From NCBI GenBank assembly GCA_021295785.1, contig JAGWBR010000004.1, positions 5,889-69,888 of the forward strand: a DNA stretch of 64,000 nt, given 5' to 3'. The position numbers and the translations under genes are program-made. This document shows, one piece after another, positions 50,453-60,057 of this stretch. This DNA is from Gemmatimonadota bacterium (GTDB lineage Bacteria > Gemmatimonadota > Gemmatimonadetes > Palauibacterales > Palauibacteraceae). Position 1 is the stretch's first letter; the number at the start of each line of letters is the position of its first letter. The notes beneath the pieces were generated by a model. That model searched no databases. It worked only from the letters and a program-made list of their open reading frames with translations, and was not told the DNA's origin.

Positions 50453-51871
50453 TCAGGCGGCTCCGCGACGGGCTTCGAGAATGGCCCGGGTCGCGCCGGC
50501 GGTTTTCTCGGTAATGGGGTACTTCCACACCGCCCAAATCGCGATGGCCGAGAAAACCGCCGGCACGAAAGCGTCAAGGGCTCGCATGTAAGTGATGGCC
50601 GACTCCAGTTGGCCGCTTCCGAGGTCAACGTCGAACCCCGTCCAGTTCAACATGAACCCCCCGAGCGCCAGGGCCAGCGCCTGACCCAGCTTCACCACCC
50701 ACCAGAAGATCGACCCGAACATTCCCTCCCGCCGGGAGTGCGTGGAGACCTCGTCCACGTCTACCACATCGGCCACCATCGACGGCATCAGGGTGAACAG
50801 GCCGCCCAGAGCGAACGCCATGAACGGGGCCGGCAGCAGCGACAGCCAGGGAGCCGCGGGAGTCAGGCAGAACCACTTCATGCAGTAACCGACGACCGCG
50901 ATTCCGGTTGCTACGAAGAACGCACCCCGCTTCCCGATGCTCGTCCCCAGGCGGTTAACCAGGGGAATCACGAAAGCCATGGTGGCGATCACGCCGACCG
51001 TGCCCGACCATCCGGCCCAGTACGCCCCCGCGGTCTGGTCCCCGCCGGCGACATAGTAGATGAGCACGTAGGTCTGAAACGCGGCAATCATGATGAAGCC
51101 GTTGAACACCAGAAACGTAGCCAGACACAGCAGCAGGAACGGCTTGAACTTCACCGTGGCCAGAACGCCCCTGACAAACGCCCCGACCCCTCCGCCCCCG
51201 GGGTCCTTGGCGGTGTCTTTGAACCGTTCTCGCAGGAAGATGGCGGGGAGCACGCCAAACCCGATCGTGGCAACTCCCACCAGGATTGCAAGCCACCGCG
51301 CGCCGGCCACCACATCGCTGAAAATGCGTTCGTTGTACATGAACGCCAGGTACCAGGGCGCCAGAATGTAGGCGAACTGTGAGATCCAGTTCTGCACGGC
51401 CATCAGGCGGGTGCGCTCGTGAAAGTCGGGCGTCAGTTCATAGCCCAGCGCGACCCACGGCGTGGCGAACACTGTGTAGGCCATGAAAAACACAATCAGG
51501 CCGACCAGGAACCACCAGTAGTAAAACCCCTCTGACTGGCCTCCCGGGAACTGCCAGAGCAGGGCGAAGATCACGCCCGCCGCGATTGCGCCCGCAAACA
51601 AATAAGGCCGCCGCCGCCCCCACCGGCTCCGGGTCCGGTCGGACACGTGCCCCATGATCGGGTCGGTTATCGCGTCGGTGAGCCGGGGCAACGAGCCCAG
51701 CAATCCGACCAGGGCCGGGTTCATTCCCAGACCCAGGTTGAGAACAATCAACATCCCGCCGCTGGCCGCGGCGAGCGTGTTGTTTACGAATCCGCCGATG
51801 CCGTAAAGGACCTTGTGGGCCCGAGGCACCCGGTCGGCGGGCAGCGTGGCCTGCTGCCCGGAATCTGTCAT
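50453..51871 (-). CDS. MFS transporter, glycoside-pentoside-hexuronide (GPH):cation symporter family
   Basis: ORF 50453..51976; ATG at 51871 gives MTDSGQQATLPADRVPRAHKVLYGIGGF. The motif LTDAITDPIMGHVSDRTRSRWGRRRPYL is the GPH/MelB signature loop. Confidence 0.8.
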   Translation of the reverse strand: MTDSGQQATLPADRVPRAHKVLYGIGGFVNNTLAAASGGMLIVLNLGLGMNPALVGLLGSLPRLTDAITDPIMGHVSDRTRSRWGRRRPYLFAGAIAAGVIFALLWQFPGGQSEGFYYWWFLVGLIVFFMAYTVFATPWVALGYELTPDFHERTRLMAVQNWISQFAYILAPWYLAFMYNERIFSDVVAGARWLAILVGVATIGFGVLPAIFLRERFKDTAKDPGGGGVGAFVRGVLATVKFKPFLLLCLATFLVFNGFIMIAAFQTYVLIYYVAGGDQTAGAYWAGWSGTVGVIATMAFVIPLVNRLGTSIGKRGAFFVATGIAVVGYCMKWFCLTPAAPWLSLLPAPFMAFALGGLFTLMPSMVADVVDVDEVSTHSRREGMFGSIFWWVVKLGQALALALGGFMLNWTGFDVDLGSGQLESAITYMRALDAFVPAVFSAIAIWAVWKYPITEKTAGATRAILEARRGAA

Positions 51872-51899
51872 GTCACGGACGTGGGTGTGGGGTCGCCCG

Positions 51900-52703
51900 T
51901 TATGGAGACCACACCCTGACCCAGTCCACAAGCAAGCTCTGCGGGAACACGGTGTCCGGGTTGGGCGGACCGACAAAATGCCCGCCTATTGCCAGGTTCA
52001 GGAGAATAAAGAACGGCTTGTCGAACACCCACTCGCCGGTCAGGTCGCCCGGACCCACCGACTTGTAGAGTTCTCCGTCCACGAACCACTCAATGCGATC
52101 TTGGGACCACTCCACGGCGAACGTGTGGAAATCTTCGTGGAAACCGCCGCCGGGCAGCACAAACCGGGTGGAGCTGGCCTGACCGGCCGAATAACCGGGC
52201 CCGTGCAGGCTCCCGTGCACGATGTTCGGCTCCTGCCCGCGAAACTCCATGATGTCGATTTCGCCGCAGGCCGGCCAACCGATGTTGGGAAAGTCGCCCC
52301 CCAGCATCCAGAAGGCAGGCCACATGCCCTGACCCACGGGCACCTTGATCCGGGCCTCAAACCGCCCGCGTTCCTGTTGGAACCTTCCGAGAGTTTTGAT
52401 GCGCCCGGATGTGTAATCGCGGTCCATGTACCGTTCGCGCCGGGCGGTGATTGCGAGATTGCCCTCACCGTCCAGCGAAACGTTCAAGGCCCGGTCGGTC
52501 GTGAATTCGAGTTGGGCGTTGCCCCAGTCGGTGCCGAGGTCAAACACCCATTTGTCAGCGTCGGGCAGCTGCCCGGCCGGCCCCTCGAACTCGTCCTGCC
52601 AAATCAGGGCGCCCGATGCCGGTGCCGCGGCGTCCGAACAGGCCCACGCAAACAGGCCCGTCAAACACCCGGCACCGGCCACCCCCAAGGTACGACCGGT
52701 CAA
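51900..52703 (-). CDS. glycoside hydrolase family 16 endo-beta-1,3(4)-glucanase (laminarinase-type) lipoprotein
   Basis: 267 aa with a lipobox (FAWAC|S), LIWQDEFEG, YTSGRIKT, WPAFWMLG and the catalytic motif GEIDIMEF (ExDxxE). Confidence 0.88.
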   Translation of the reverse strand: MTGRTLGVAGAGCLTGLFAWACSDAAAPASGALIWQDEFEGPAGQLPDADKWVFDLGTDWGNAQLEFTTDRALNVSLDGEGNLAITARRERYMDRDYTSGRIKTLGRFQQERGRFEARIKVPVGQGMWPAFWMLGGDFPNIGWPACGEIDIMEFRGQEPNIVHGSLHGPGYSAGQASSTRFVLPGGGFHEDFHTFAVEWSQDRIEWFVDGELYKSVGPGDLTGEWVFDKPFFILLNLAIGGHFVGPPNPDTVFPQSLLVDWVRVWSP

Positions 52704-55420
52704 TTACCGTCCTTGTTCACAAAGTAGATGTTGTCGAGGAACACCGTATTCGGCAAACCGGTGCCCGGCACGCTCTCGATGACTATCTGGGCCAGATGTT
52801 CGGTTCCGGCGAGCCCCTCGAACGCGCTGAGCTCGAACTCCAGAGTGATCCAGGCGCCCGTCTCGATGGCCGGGTCCGTGTCGGCCTTCACAGATACGGA
52901 TGACTCGGTATCGTCTCCGCCACCGAAAGCTCCGTCTGGCCCGAAGTCCACCAGCTTGATGGAGAACTCGGCGTTCTCGGTGTTGTCCGGGGTCCAGAAG
53001 TGCGTGTGGAAATGAGTCATTCCAGATGCATCAATGACAAAAGTCGTGAATTCGATGCCCGCGTAGTGCAGGTTGGTGTACTTGTGCATGCTCTCGCCCA
53101 TGAGCGAGAACTCCTCATGGTCCGCGTTGTCCCAGCCCGCCGACCACGTGTCCACCGTGACATCATCGTACGAATCGCTGTACAAGGAAATCACGTCTGC
53201 CGCGTCTTCGGTGGGGGTCGGCGCCAGCTCGTCCGGCTGCGTCGATGCGGTCACGGTCACGTTTGCCTGACCTGCCACGTCCACTCCCATGAAGGTGGCC
53301 GTGATGGCTGCGGTGCCAGGCGCGACGCATGTGATCAGACCGTTCTCGTCTACCGTGGCCACGGACTCATTGTTCGAGGCATAGCCGAAGTAACCTGACG
53401 CCACGGTTGTGGTTTGTTTTTCTCCGTTCAAGTCCCACTCGATTACATGGCCAACCGTGTGCCCGGTTCCCTCCGGATTGCAGTCCAGATCAACCACACC
53501 CATCTTGGGCCGCGGGTTGCTGCCAGCGACATCATCCACGTAACGGATGTTGTCGAACCAGAATGTGTTATCGGCACCCTCGGAGCCCTCGGCAATGTGG
53601 AAGATCCCGTCCTCCGCGGTCAGCCGCGACGGGTCGGAAACTACCATCCAGAAGTCTCCCCATACCGTCCCGACTGGAACACCGCCCTCAACCTCGCTGA
53701 TGTTGACGGAGGGATTGAGGTTGTCCACACCGAAGCCGACGGCGTTGATGCTGGCTGCCGTGGTGGCCCTGGCCGAGAAAGCGATGGCCGAATACGCCGA
53801 CATGTCTCTTTCTTCTGACGCTACGAAGGCACCGCCGACCCAGCCATCGCCGGGAACGGTGAACTTGAGCGCCGCCGAGCCGTCGACTCCGCCGGTGGCG
53901 TCAACTTCCATGGCACCGGTCTGGCCGCCGAAGAACTGGAAGTCGATCCCCTCGGCGAGCTCGTCGACGAACACGTCGCCAGGTGCGGTGCCGCCCTCGG
54001 TATCGCGGAAGTAGATGTTGTCGATGTAGACCGTGTTCGGGTCGCCCTCGAAGAGCAGCTGCGCCAAGTGGGCTCGGCCTGCCAGATCGGTCAGGCCGTC
54101 GAGCATGATGTCGAAGCCGACCCACTGACCCGAAGCGAGCCCGTCGGCCGCGGTGAACGTGACGAGGTGCTCGGAATCGTCGCCGCCGCCGTCCCACACA
54201 CCGTTGTCGCCGAAATCGACGAGCTTGACCTTGAAGACGGCCGGGTCAGCGGTGTTGTCGTTGGTGAACATGTCGAAATGGAACACTTCCATGTCGGTGG
54301 CATCGATGACCGAAGACGTGAATTCGATGCCCGCGTACACGAGGTTCGAGTACTTCTTGACGGCGTCGTCTCCGATCATGATGTCCTCGACGTCGGCCTG
54401 ATCCCAGTCCGCCGACCATGTGTCGACCATCACGTCATCGTAGGCGTCGCTGAACAGCGAGATAACGCTGTCTGCCGGAGCGGTGGGCGTAGGTGCGGCC
54501 GCGTCGGGCGCTCCCTGGACCACGACGGTCACCTCTCCGCCGACCGCCGCGCCGGCCAGGGTGGCCGAGATGGTGGCGGTCCCGCTGGCGACAAACGTGA
54601 TCACCCCGGCGTCGCTAACGGTGGCGACGGACTCGTCGGAGGACGAAAAAACGAAGTAGGACGGCTTGACCCCTATCACGTGGGGACTGCCGCTGAAGTT
54701 CACAACCGTGCCGGCCACCTCAGCCGTGCCTCCCGGCTCGCCCGTCACGTTCATGACCGCCATGGCGCCGGCGGGAGCACCGATTTCGTTGGAGGAGACA
54801 TACTGCATGTCGTCTATCCAAATCGTATTGGCCTGGCCCTCGCCGGCTTCGGCGAAGAAAAACATTCCCTGTTCGGCGGTCATCACAGACGGATCCGGCA
54901 TGCCCAGAAGTACCTGGGTCCAGTCGGTACCGATGCCTACGCCACCGACGACCTCGACATCGTAGATCGAGTTGCCGGTATTGTCGTTTCCGAAACCGAC
55001 AGCGTTGATGGTGGCCGCGCTCGCGCCCTTGACCCAGAAACTGAGTGCATTGTAGCCGGACAGGTCACGCCCCGGATTGGCCACGAATGCGCCGCCCGTC
55101 CACCCCTGGTCGGGATGGGGCACGGTAAACCTCAGGGCCGAGGTGCCCCCGCGGCCCCCTGACTCGTCGATCTCAAGAGCCGTGGTGAGAGACCCCAGAA
55201 ACGGCTGCCAGTCCAGACCCTCGGAGAAGTCGTCGATGAAGACTTCACCCTCCTCTGCATCCGGGGGAGGGGGCGGGGGAGGGCCGACCGGGGGTTCGGA
55301 GTCGCTGCAGGCCACCAGCCCGGTAGCGGCGATTGCGGCGATCAACAAGCGGTAGATTCCTGAGAAATCTGCCCGCGGGACTGAAGTCACGGAAGAGTGG
55401 TTCGGAAGACGCTTGATCAT
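52700..55420 (-). CDS. surface lipoprotein with duplicated [CBM-like - Big_2 - CBM-like] modules (putative beta-glucan-binding protein)
   Basis: ORF 52700..55819; ATG at 55420 gives MIKRLPNH...LLIAAIAATGLVAC|SD (lipobox), then a poly-Pro linker. Two Big_2 segments (SSDESVATVSDAGVITFVASGTATISATL; SNNESVATVDENGLITCVAPGTAAITATF) are flanked by jelly-roll-like modules. 4-nt overlap with the GH16 start. Confidence 0.7.
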   Translation of the reverse strand: MIKRLPNHSSVTSVPRADFSGIYRLLIAAIAATGLVACSDSEPPVGPPPPPPPDAEEGEVFIDDFSEGLDWQPFLGSLTTALEIDESGGRGGTSALRFTVPHPDQGWTGGAFVANPGRDLSGYNALSFWVKGASAATINAVGFGNDNTGNSIYDVEVVGGVGIGTDWTQVLLGMPDPSVMTAEQGMFFFAEAGEGQANTIWIDDMQYVSSNEIGAPAGAMAVMNVTGEPGGTAEVAGTVVNFSGSPHVIGVKPSYFVFSSSDESVATVSDAGVITFVASGTATISATLAGAAVGGEVTVVVQGAPDAAAPTPTAPADSVISLFSDAYDDVMVDTWSADWDQADVEDIMIGDDAVKKYSNLVYAGIEFTSSVIDATDMEVFHFDMFTNDNTADPAVFKVKLVDFGDNGVWDGGGDDSEHLVTFTAADGLASGQWVGFDIMLDGLTDLAGRAHLAQLLFEGDPNTVYIDNIYFRDTEGGTAPGDVFVDELAEGIDFQFFGGQTGAMEVDATGGVDGSAALKFTVPGDGWVGGAFVASEERDMSAYSAIAFSARATTAASINAVGFGVDNLNPSVNISEVEGGVPVGTVWGDFWMVVSDPSRLTAEDGIFHIAEGSEGADNTFWFDNIRYVDDVAGSNPRPKMGVVDLDCNPEGTGHTVGHVIEWDLNGEKQTTTVASGYFGYASNNESVATVDENGLITCVAPGTAAITATFMGVDVAGQANVTVTASTQPDELAPTPTEDAADVISLYSDSYDDVTVDTWSAGWDNADHEEFSLMGESMHKYTNLHYAGIEFTTFVIDASGMTHFHTHFWTPDNTENAEFSIKLVDFGPDGAFGGGDDTESSVSVKADTDPAIETGAWITLEFELSAFEGLAGTEHLAQIVIESVPGTGLPNTVFLDNIYFVNKDGN
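52721..55246 (-). repeat. intragenic tandem duplication, two ~1.25-kb units (54008..55246 and 52721..53977)
   Basis: Protein residues ~59-471 and ~482-900 are collinear (FIDDFSEGLDWQPF/FVDELAEGIDFQFF ... TVYIDNIYF/TVFLDNIYF). DNA similarity is also visible, e.g. TTCGATGCCCGCGTA...CCGCCGACCA(C/T)GTGTC near 53055 and 54325. Confidence 0.75.
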
Positions 55421-55456
55421 TGAAATAGTTCCTTCGGAGACATTGCAACCAGAAAA

Positions 55457-58003
55457 TTGGCGAATCGCAAACATATAGACACCGTGGCCACCGGCGCCAA
55501 CCACGCCAAACGGTTTCCCGGCTGGTTGCCGCCGGTTTTCCATGCCGGAATCGCGCTGGTGCTGTTCTTCCCGTTTGTGTTCGGGGGGGCGGGGCAGATG
55601 ATCTACGGCACCGATGCGCTCCTGGGTTACGTGGGCAGGGCCCTGTTCCACGATGCGGTCCTGGAACTGGGCCGGCTCCCGCGGTGGCAGCCGGAAGTAC
55701 TGGGGGGCGTACCGTATCTGGAGGCGAGCAGCGCCGGGCCTGCCATTTATCCGCCGTCGCTGTTGCTGTCGCTGACCATGGACCTGCACCGCGCGGTCGG
55801 GTGGAAGCTGATCCTGCACGTGGCCGCGGCCGGTCCGCTCATGTATGGCTGGATGCGGTGCCTCCGCGTGTCAAGGCCCGCCGCCCTGCTGGCCGGGACT
55901 GCTTACATGCTCGCGCCGGTTTTCGTGAGCCTGACTTTCGCCGGGCACGACGGGAAGATGATCGTCGCGTCGCTGACGCCCCTGCTTTTCTGGATGACCG
56001 AGCGCCATTTTGCGCGCGCGGGGCCGGCCGCCTTCGCGGGCATTGCCCTGACCGTGGCGGCAGCCATTCTGAGCCCCCACTTCCAGATGGCGTTCTTCCT
56101 GTTCTGTGGTGCGGGGGCGTATGCGATTTTCCGCACCGTTCAGGTTCACCGGGCCGAAGCGCGCCCGGAGGCCGGTTCAGCGGGAGTTCGGGGCCGCCCG
56201 GGAGCCCGGGCCGCGCGCCGTTTCGGGTTGTTCATGGGCGCGGCGGTGACGGGAGCGGCGATTGCGGGTCCCCAGCTGGCACCGGCCTTTGAGCACATAA
56301 CCACAATGTCGCGGCGGCTGGCGCAGTCCGACGCGGAGGGCATGGCCGCCCGCGACTGGTCCTCTTCCTGGAACCTCCACTGGGAAGAAACCGCGGGCCT
56401 CGTGGTGCCCGAATTCGTCGGGTACGATGTCCCGAACGCAGAGTGGACGAGGGGCACTTACTGGGGCCGCAATCTCTTCAAGCTCAACGCCGAGTATGTG
56501 GGAATTGTCGCGATGCTCCTGGCCGCCGTGGCTCTGTTCGGATCGGTCGCCCGCCGGGCGCGCAGGGATCTTCACTGGTTTTTCGCCGGCCTCGCCGCGC
56601 TCGCCCTGTTGTTCGCCCTGGGAGACAACACCTTCGTCTGGATTGCGATCTACGAGGTGGTGCCCGGCATCAACCTGTTCCGCGCGCCGTCCATGATCAT
56701 GTTCCTGTTCGGGTTCGCGGTCTGTACGTTGGCGGGGTTGGGCCTGGACCGGGTGCTGGCCCGGCGCGAGGCGAATCCCGCCGACCCCGGCCCCGACCGC
56801 CGGGAAGACCGTGCCATGGTGCGCACGGCTCTGTTGGGCGGGGGGTTGATGGTGGTTGTGGCCGCCCTCGCCTCGGCGGGCGTTCTCACCGACCTGTTCA
56901 CGGCGGTTTTTGGCCTGACTCCCGGGCGCGAAATCCGACTGGCCGCGGCGCAGCCGCACATCGAAACCGGTGCCTGGATTGCGGCCTTCCTTGCGGCCGT
57001 GGTGGCGGGCCTGGTATGGGCCAGATCCAGGACGCGGGTATCGCCCGGAGTGTTCGCGGTTGCCGTACTGACCATCATCGTGGTTGACGGCTTCCGGATC
57101 AACCGGCCTTTCATTCAGATGATGGACCACGGGTCCTGGGCCGCGCCCGACGCGAACACGCGCCAGGTGCTGGAGCGGGAACGCCAGTTGGGCGGCGGCG
57201 AACCCTACCGCATGCTGTCTCTGCGCGGCGGAGGCCAGGACCTGATGCCGGCGCTCCACGGAATCGAGCTGGCCGGGGGCAACCACCCCAACGATCTGGC
57301 CTACTACAGGGAGCTGGCCGGGATGGAGGGATCCGGGAGACCCGCCAACCTGTTGAGTTCGCAGTCGATTGGCCGGCTCCTGAATATCAAGTACCTGCTC
57401 TGGCCCGATCACCAGTTGGGTAACTCCGGGGACCAGGGCATAGTGAGCCGCACGGAAACCGCGGACGGGTCCCCTTATGAGACGGTTTTGCAGCTGCCCG
57501 CCCTGGCCAGGGCCAGGCTCCTCGCGAACGCGGTGGTGAAGAGCGACGGGGAGGCCGTGGACTACATGCTCTCGACCGATTTCGACCCCGCCGGCGAGGT
57601 CGTTCTGGCGGGTCCCCCACCCGTGGACCTGGACGGGGGGCCTGTCACCGGGGCGGTTACCTGGCAGGAACGGGGCCCGGACCGAATCGTGCTCGACGTT
57701 GAGTCCGACCGCCCCGCCCTGCTGGTGGTTGCGGACAATTGGTACCCGTGGTGGAGGGCCCGAGTGAATGGTCGGGACCAGCCCGTTCTGCGTGCATACC
57801 ACGCGCTCAGGGCGGTGCCCGTGGGCGCCGGTGTGTCCGAGGTGGTGATGTGGTATGAGTCGACCACGATGGCGGTTGCCACGGGCGTCAGTCTTGCCAC
57901 GCTTTCGGGTCTGGCCGCGGCCGCTGGCTTGGCCGGATTCCGCCGCCGGAGGAGGCCTGTTGTTTCCGAGTCCGCCGGGGCTTCGGGGTTGCCCTCTGAG
58001 TGA
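55457..58003 (+). CDS. YfhO-family polytopic membrane protein (GT-C-like glycosyltransferase candidate)
   Basis: 848 aa with about 13 N-terminal TM segments and a C-terminal extracytoplasmic domain. The architecture and the N-terminal segment (GQMIYGTDALLGYV...) resemble YfhO. The TTG start at 55457 is uncertain (GTG 55484 is an alternative). Confidence 0.65.
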   Translation: MANRKHIDTVATGANHAKRFPGWLPPVFHAGIALVLFFPFVFGGAGQMIYGTDALLGYVGRALFHDAVLELGRLPRWQPEVLGGVPYLEASSAGPAIYPPSLLLSLTMDLHRAVGWKLILHVAAAGPLMYGWMRCLRVSRPAALLAGTAYMLAPVFVSLTFAGHDGKMIVASLTPLLFWMTERHFARAGPAAFAGIALTVAAAILSPHFQMAFFLFCGAGAYAIFRTVQVHRAEARPEAGSAGVRGRPGARAARRFGLFMGAAVTGAAIAGPQLAPAFEHITTMSRRLAQSDAEGMAARDWSSSWNLHWEETAGLVVPEFVGYDVPNAEWTRGTYWGRNLFKLNAEYVGIVAMLLAAVALFGSVARRARRDLHWFFAGLAALALLFALGDNTFVWIAIYEVVPGINLFRAPSMIMFLFGFAVCTLAGLGLDRVLARREANPADPGPDRREDRAMVRTALLGGGLMVVVAALASAGVLTDLFTAVFGLTPGREIRLAAAQPHIETGAWIAAFLAAVVAGLVWARSRTRVSPGVFAVAVLTIIVVDGFRINRPFIQMMDHGSWAAPDANTRQVLERERQLGGGEPYRMLSLRGGGQDLMPALHGIELAGGNHPNDLAYYRELAGMEGSGRPANLLSSQSIGRLLNIKYLLWPDHQLGNSGDQGIVSRTETADGSPYETVLQLPALARARLLANAVVKSDGEAVDYMLSTDFDPAGEVVLAGPPPVDLDGGPVTGAVTWQERGPDRIVLDVESDRPALLVVADNWYPWWRARVNGRDQPVLRAYHALRAVPVGAGVSEVVMWYESTTMAVATGVSLATLSGLAAAAGLAGFRRRRRPVVSESAGASGLPSE

Positions 58004-58058
58004 AGCCCGGAGGCTGAGAGGGTTTGTAGCCAGACACCGAGCGTCAATCAGGGTCGCC

Positions 58059-59009
58059 ATGGTGGTGCTCTTGCTGGCGGCCGCCTGGTTCGCGGTCGAC
58101 CGACTCGGCATTACGGCCAGCGACATCGCCGACCTGCGCAACGAACTCGGGCCGCCGCGCCCGGGCGAACTGGCCCTGGCCCTGGTACTGCTAAGCGCCT
58201 CCGACATTATCGCCATGTTCTTGTGGCGTCAGGCCATCGCAGACCTGGGCGGGCCGCGGCTGGGGATTCTGGAGGGGCTAGCCCTGTTTGGTGCGGGCAA
58301 CCTGGCCCGGTACCTGCCGGGGGGGCTGTGGCACTTTGCCGGGTTAGCGGTTCTGGGGGCGGAAAAAGGCGTGTCGGTTGCTCTTTCTTCGGCCGCCGCC
58401 GTACTGACCCACGTCGCTTCGGTGTTAACCGCGTTTCTGGTCGGAATCACCGTGTTCTTCACGGGGCCGGACGTACTCCGGCCCTGGGCGCCATGGGCAG
58501 TCGCGGCGGTCGGTGCGGGTGTGGCGGTGGCCTCGGTCCCGTCGGTATTCCGGGCAGTGTCGCGCCGGCTTATCCAAAGGGCGAAGGCGCAGGCCGAAAG
58601 TGGGGGAGATGAACCGACCGCCGCGTCGCTGGAACCCGCCGCCGGCCCGCGGGGCCTTTACTGGATGGGTGCCCAACTCGTGGTTTGGCTGGGCCGGGGA
58701 ACAGCGTTCTGGCTGCTGGCGAACGGCGTGGGCATTCAAATTGAACTGGAGCTGGCCGTGACCGCCTTCGCTGCCGCCCACGCGGTCGGTTTCGTAGTCT
58801 TCCTGGCACCGGCGGGGGTGGGCGTGCGCGACGGCAGCCTTGTCCTGCTCCTGACACAGCAAATTGGTTTGGCACCGGCCGCGGCCCTTGCTCTGGCCAC
58901 CCGGGTCTGGATGACGTTAACGGAACTGATCACGGTGTCGACGCTTATGGCGGTTTCCGGCACCGGTCGCCGCCCGCCGTTGATGGGCAGCACCCGGGAT
59001 GATTCGTAA
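58059..59009 (+). CDS. flippase-like membrane protein (LPG_synthase_TM / UPF0104, MprF-flippase-domain family)
   Basis: ORF 57855..59009. The first ATG after the YfhO stop is 58059, and an upstream CTG is possible. About 8 TM segments, with GNLARYLPGGLWHFAG and PAGVGVRDG motifs as I remember for this family. Confidence 0.6.
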   Translation: MVVLLLAAAWFAVDRLGITASDIADLRNELGPPRPGELALALVLLSASDIIAMFLWRQAIADLGGPRLGILEGLALFGAGNLARYLPGGLWHFAGLAVLGAEKGVSVALSSAAAVLTHVASVLTAFLVGITVFFTGPDVLRPWAPWAVAAVGAGVAVASVPSVFRAVSRRLIQRAKAQAESGGDEPTAASLEPAAGPRGLYWMGAQLVVWLGRGTAFWLLANGVGIQIELELAVTAFAAAHAVGFVVFLAPAGVGVRDGSLVLLLTQQIGLAPAAALALATRVWMTLTELITVSTLMAVSGTGRRPPLMGSTRDDS

Positions 59010-59037
59010 CGAGGGGGCCACTGATGAGGAGTCAAGG

Positions 59038-60042
59038 ATGAAGCCTCAGTCCAGACACACCGACTTCACCGTTGTTGTGCCCGCGTTCAACGAAGAACCG
59101 GTGGTGCCCGACCTGGTCCGCGAGCTCAGGGAGGCGTTCGCCGAATTGGAGTTGGACGGGGAGGTGGTTCTGGTCGATGACGGGTCGACCGACGGAACCG
59201 CCGAGAAGGCCAGGACGGAGGCCGCCGACTGGCCGCGGTTCCGGGTGGTTTCGCACCCGCGCAACTTGGGCAAGACCGAGGCCATGATGACGGGCGTGGA
59301 GGTGGCGTCGCATCGTCGCATCATCCTGTTTGATGCCGATCTGCAGCATTCGCCGACCGAGATCCCCCGGTTCCTGGAGAAGATGGACGAGGGATGGGAC
59401 ATCGTCACCGGCCGCCGGGTGGGGAAATACCAGAAACCCCTGGTCTCCAACATCTACAACGGCCTGTCGCGCCTGGTGTTCCGGGTGCCCGTGCGCGAAC
59501 TGAACTCGGGCATGAAGGCCTTCGACCGGAAGATCCTGGACGGTCTGGTTCTCCGGCACGACTGGCACCGCTTTTTCGTGGTGATGGCCTGGGCCCGCGG
59601 GGCCAGCGCCACGGAGATCGACATCCCCATCTACCCGAGGCGGGCAGGCGTATCGAAATACACCGGGCTGTGGCGCGTTGTGGTGGGCCTCATGGACCTG
59701 GTCTCGGTGGGTTTTCTGTTGTTCTTTTCTCGCAAGCCGCTGTTGCTGTTCGGGGCATCGGGGATGGCCCTGGTCGGAATCGGAGCCGTGGCCGGGGCCG
59801 TGGCGGTCTACCTGCGTTTCGTGCATGCGGCCCTGGGGTTCTCCTACTACGAACCTTCGTTCGGTCTCCGTCCGTTGCTCTGGCTGGCCATCGGTTCGGC
59901 CATCGTGGGGGTGGTGCTCGCCGGTTTCGGGATCCTGTCCGAGCAGATCGCGCATCTCAGGGCGGAAATTGAACGGCTGGGCCGTGCCGGGGTCGATCGG
60001 AGACCACGCGGTACCGACCCAGAGGGTCGTGCGCGTGACTGA
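59038..60042 (+). CDS. GT2 polyprenyl-phosphate glycosyltransferase (GtrB/DPM1-like) with C-terminal TM helices
   Basis: ATG 59038 is preceded by GAGGAG. Motifs: VVVPAFNEE, LVDDGSTDGT, FDADLQH (DxD), followed by two or more C-terminal hydrophobic helices. Confidence 0.85.
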   Translation: MKPQSRHTDFTVVVPAFNEEPVVPDLVRELREAFAELELDGEVVLVDDGSTDGTAEKARTEAADWPRFRVVSHPRNLGKTEAMMTGVEVASHRRIILFDADLQHSPTEIPRFLEKMDEGWDIVTGRRVGKYQKPLVSNIYNGLSRLVFRVPVRELNSGMKAFDRKILDGLVLRHDWHRFFVVMAWARGASATEIDIPIYPRRAGVSKYTGLWRVVVGLMDLVSVGFLLFFSRKPLLLFGASGMALVGIGAVAGAVAVYLRFVHAALGFSYYEPSFGLRPLLWLAIGSAIVGVVLAGFGILSEQIAHLRAEIERLGRAGVDRRPRGTDPEGRARD

Positions 60043-60057
60043 CCCGCGCACGCCACC

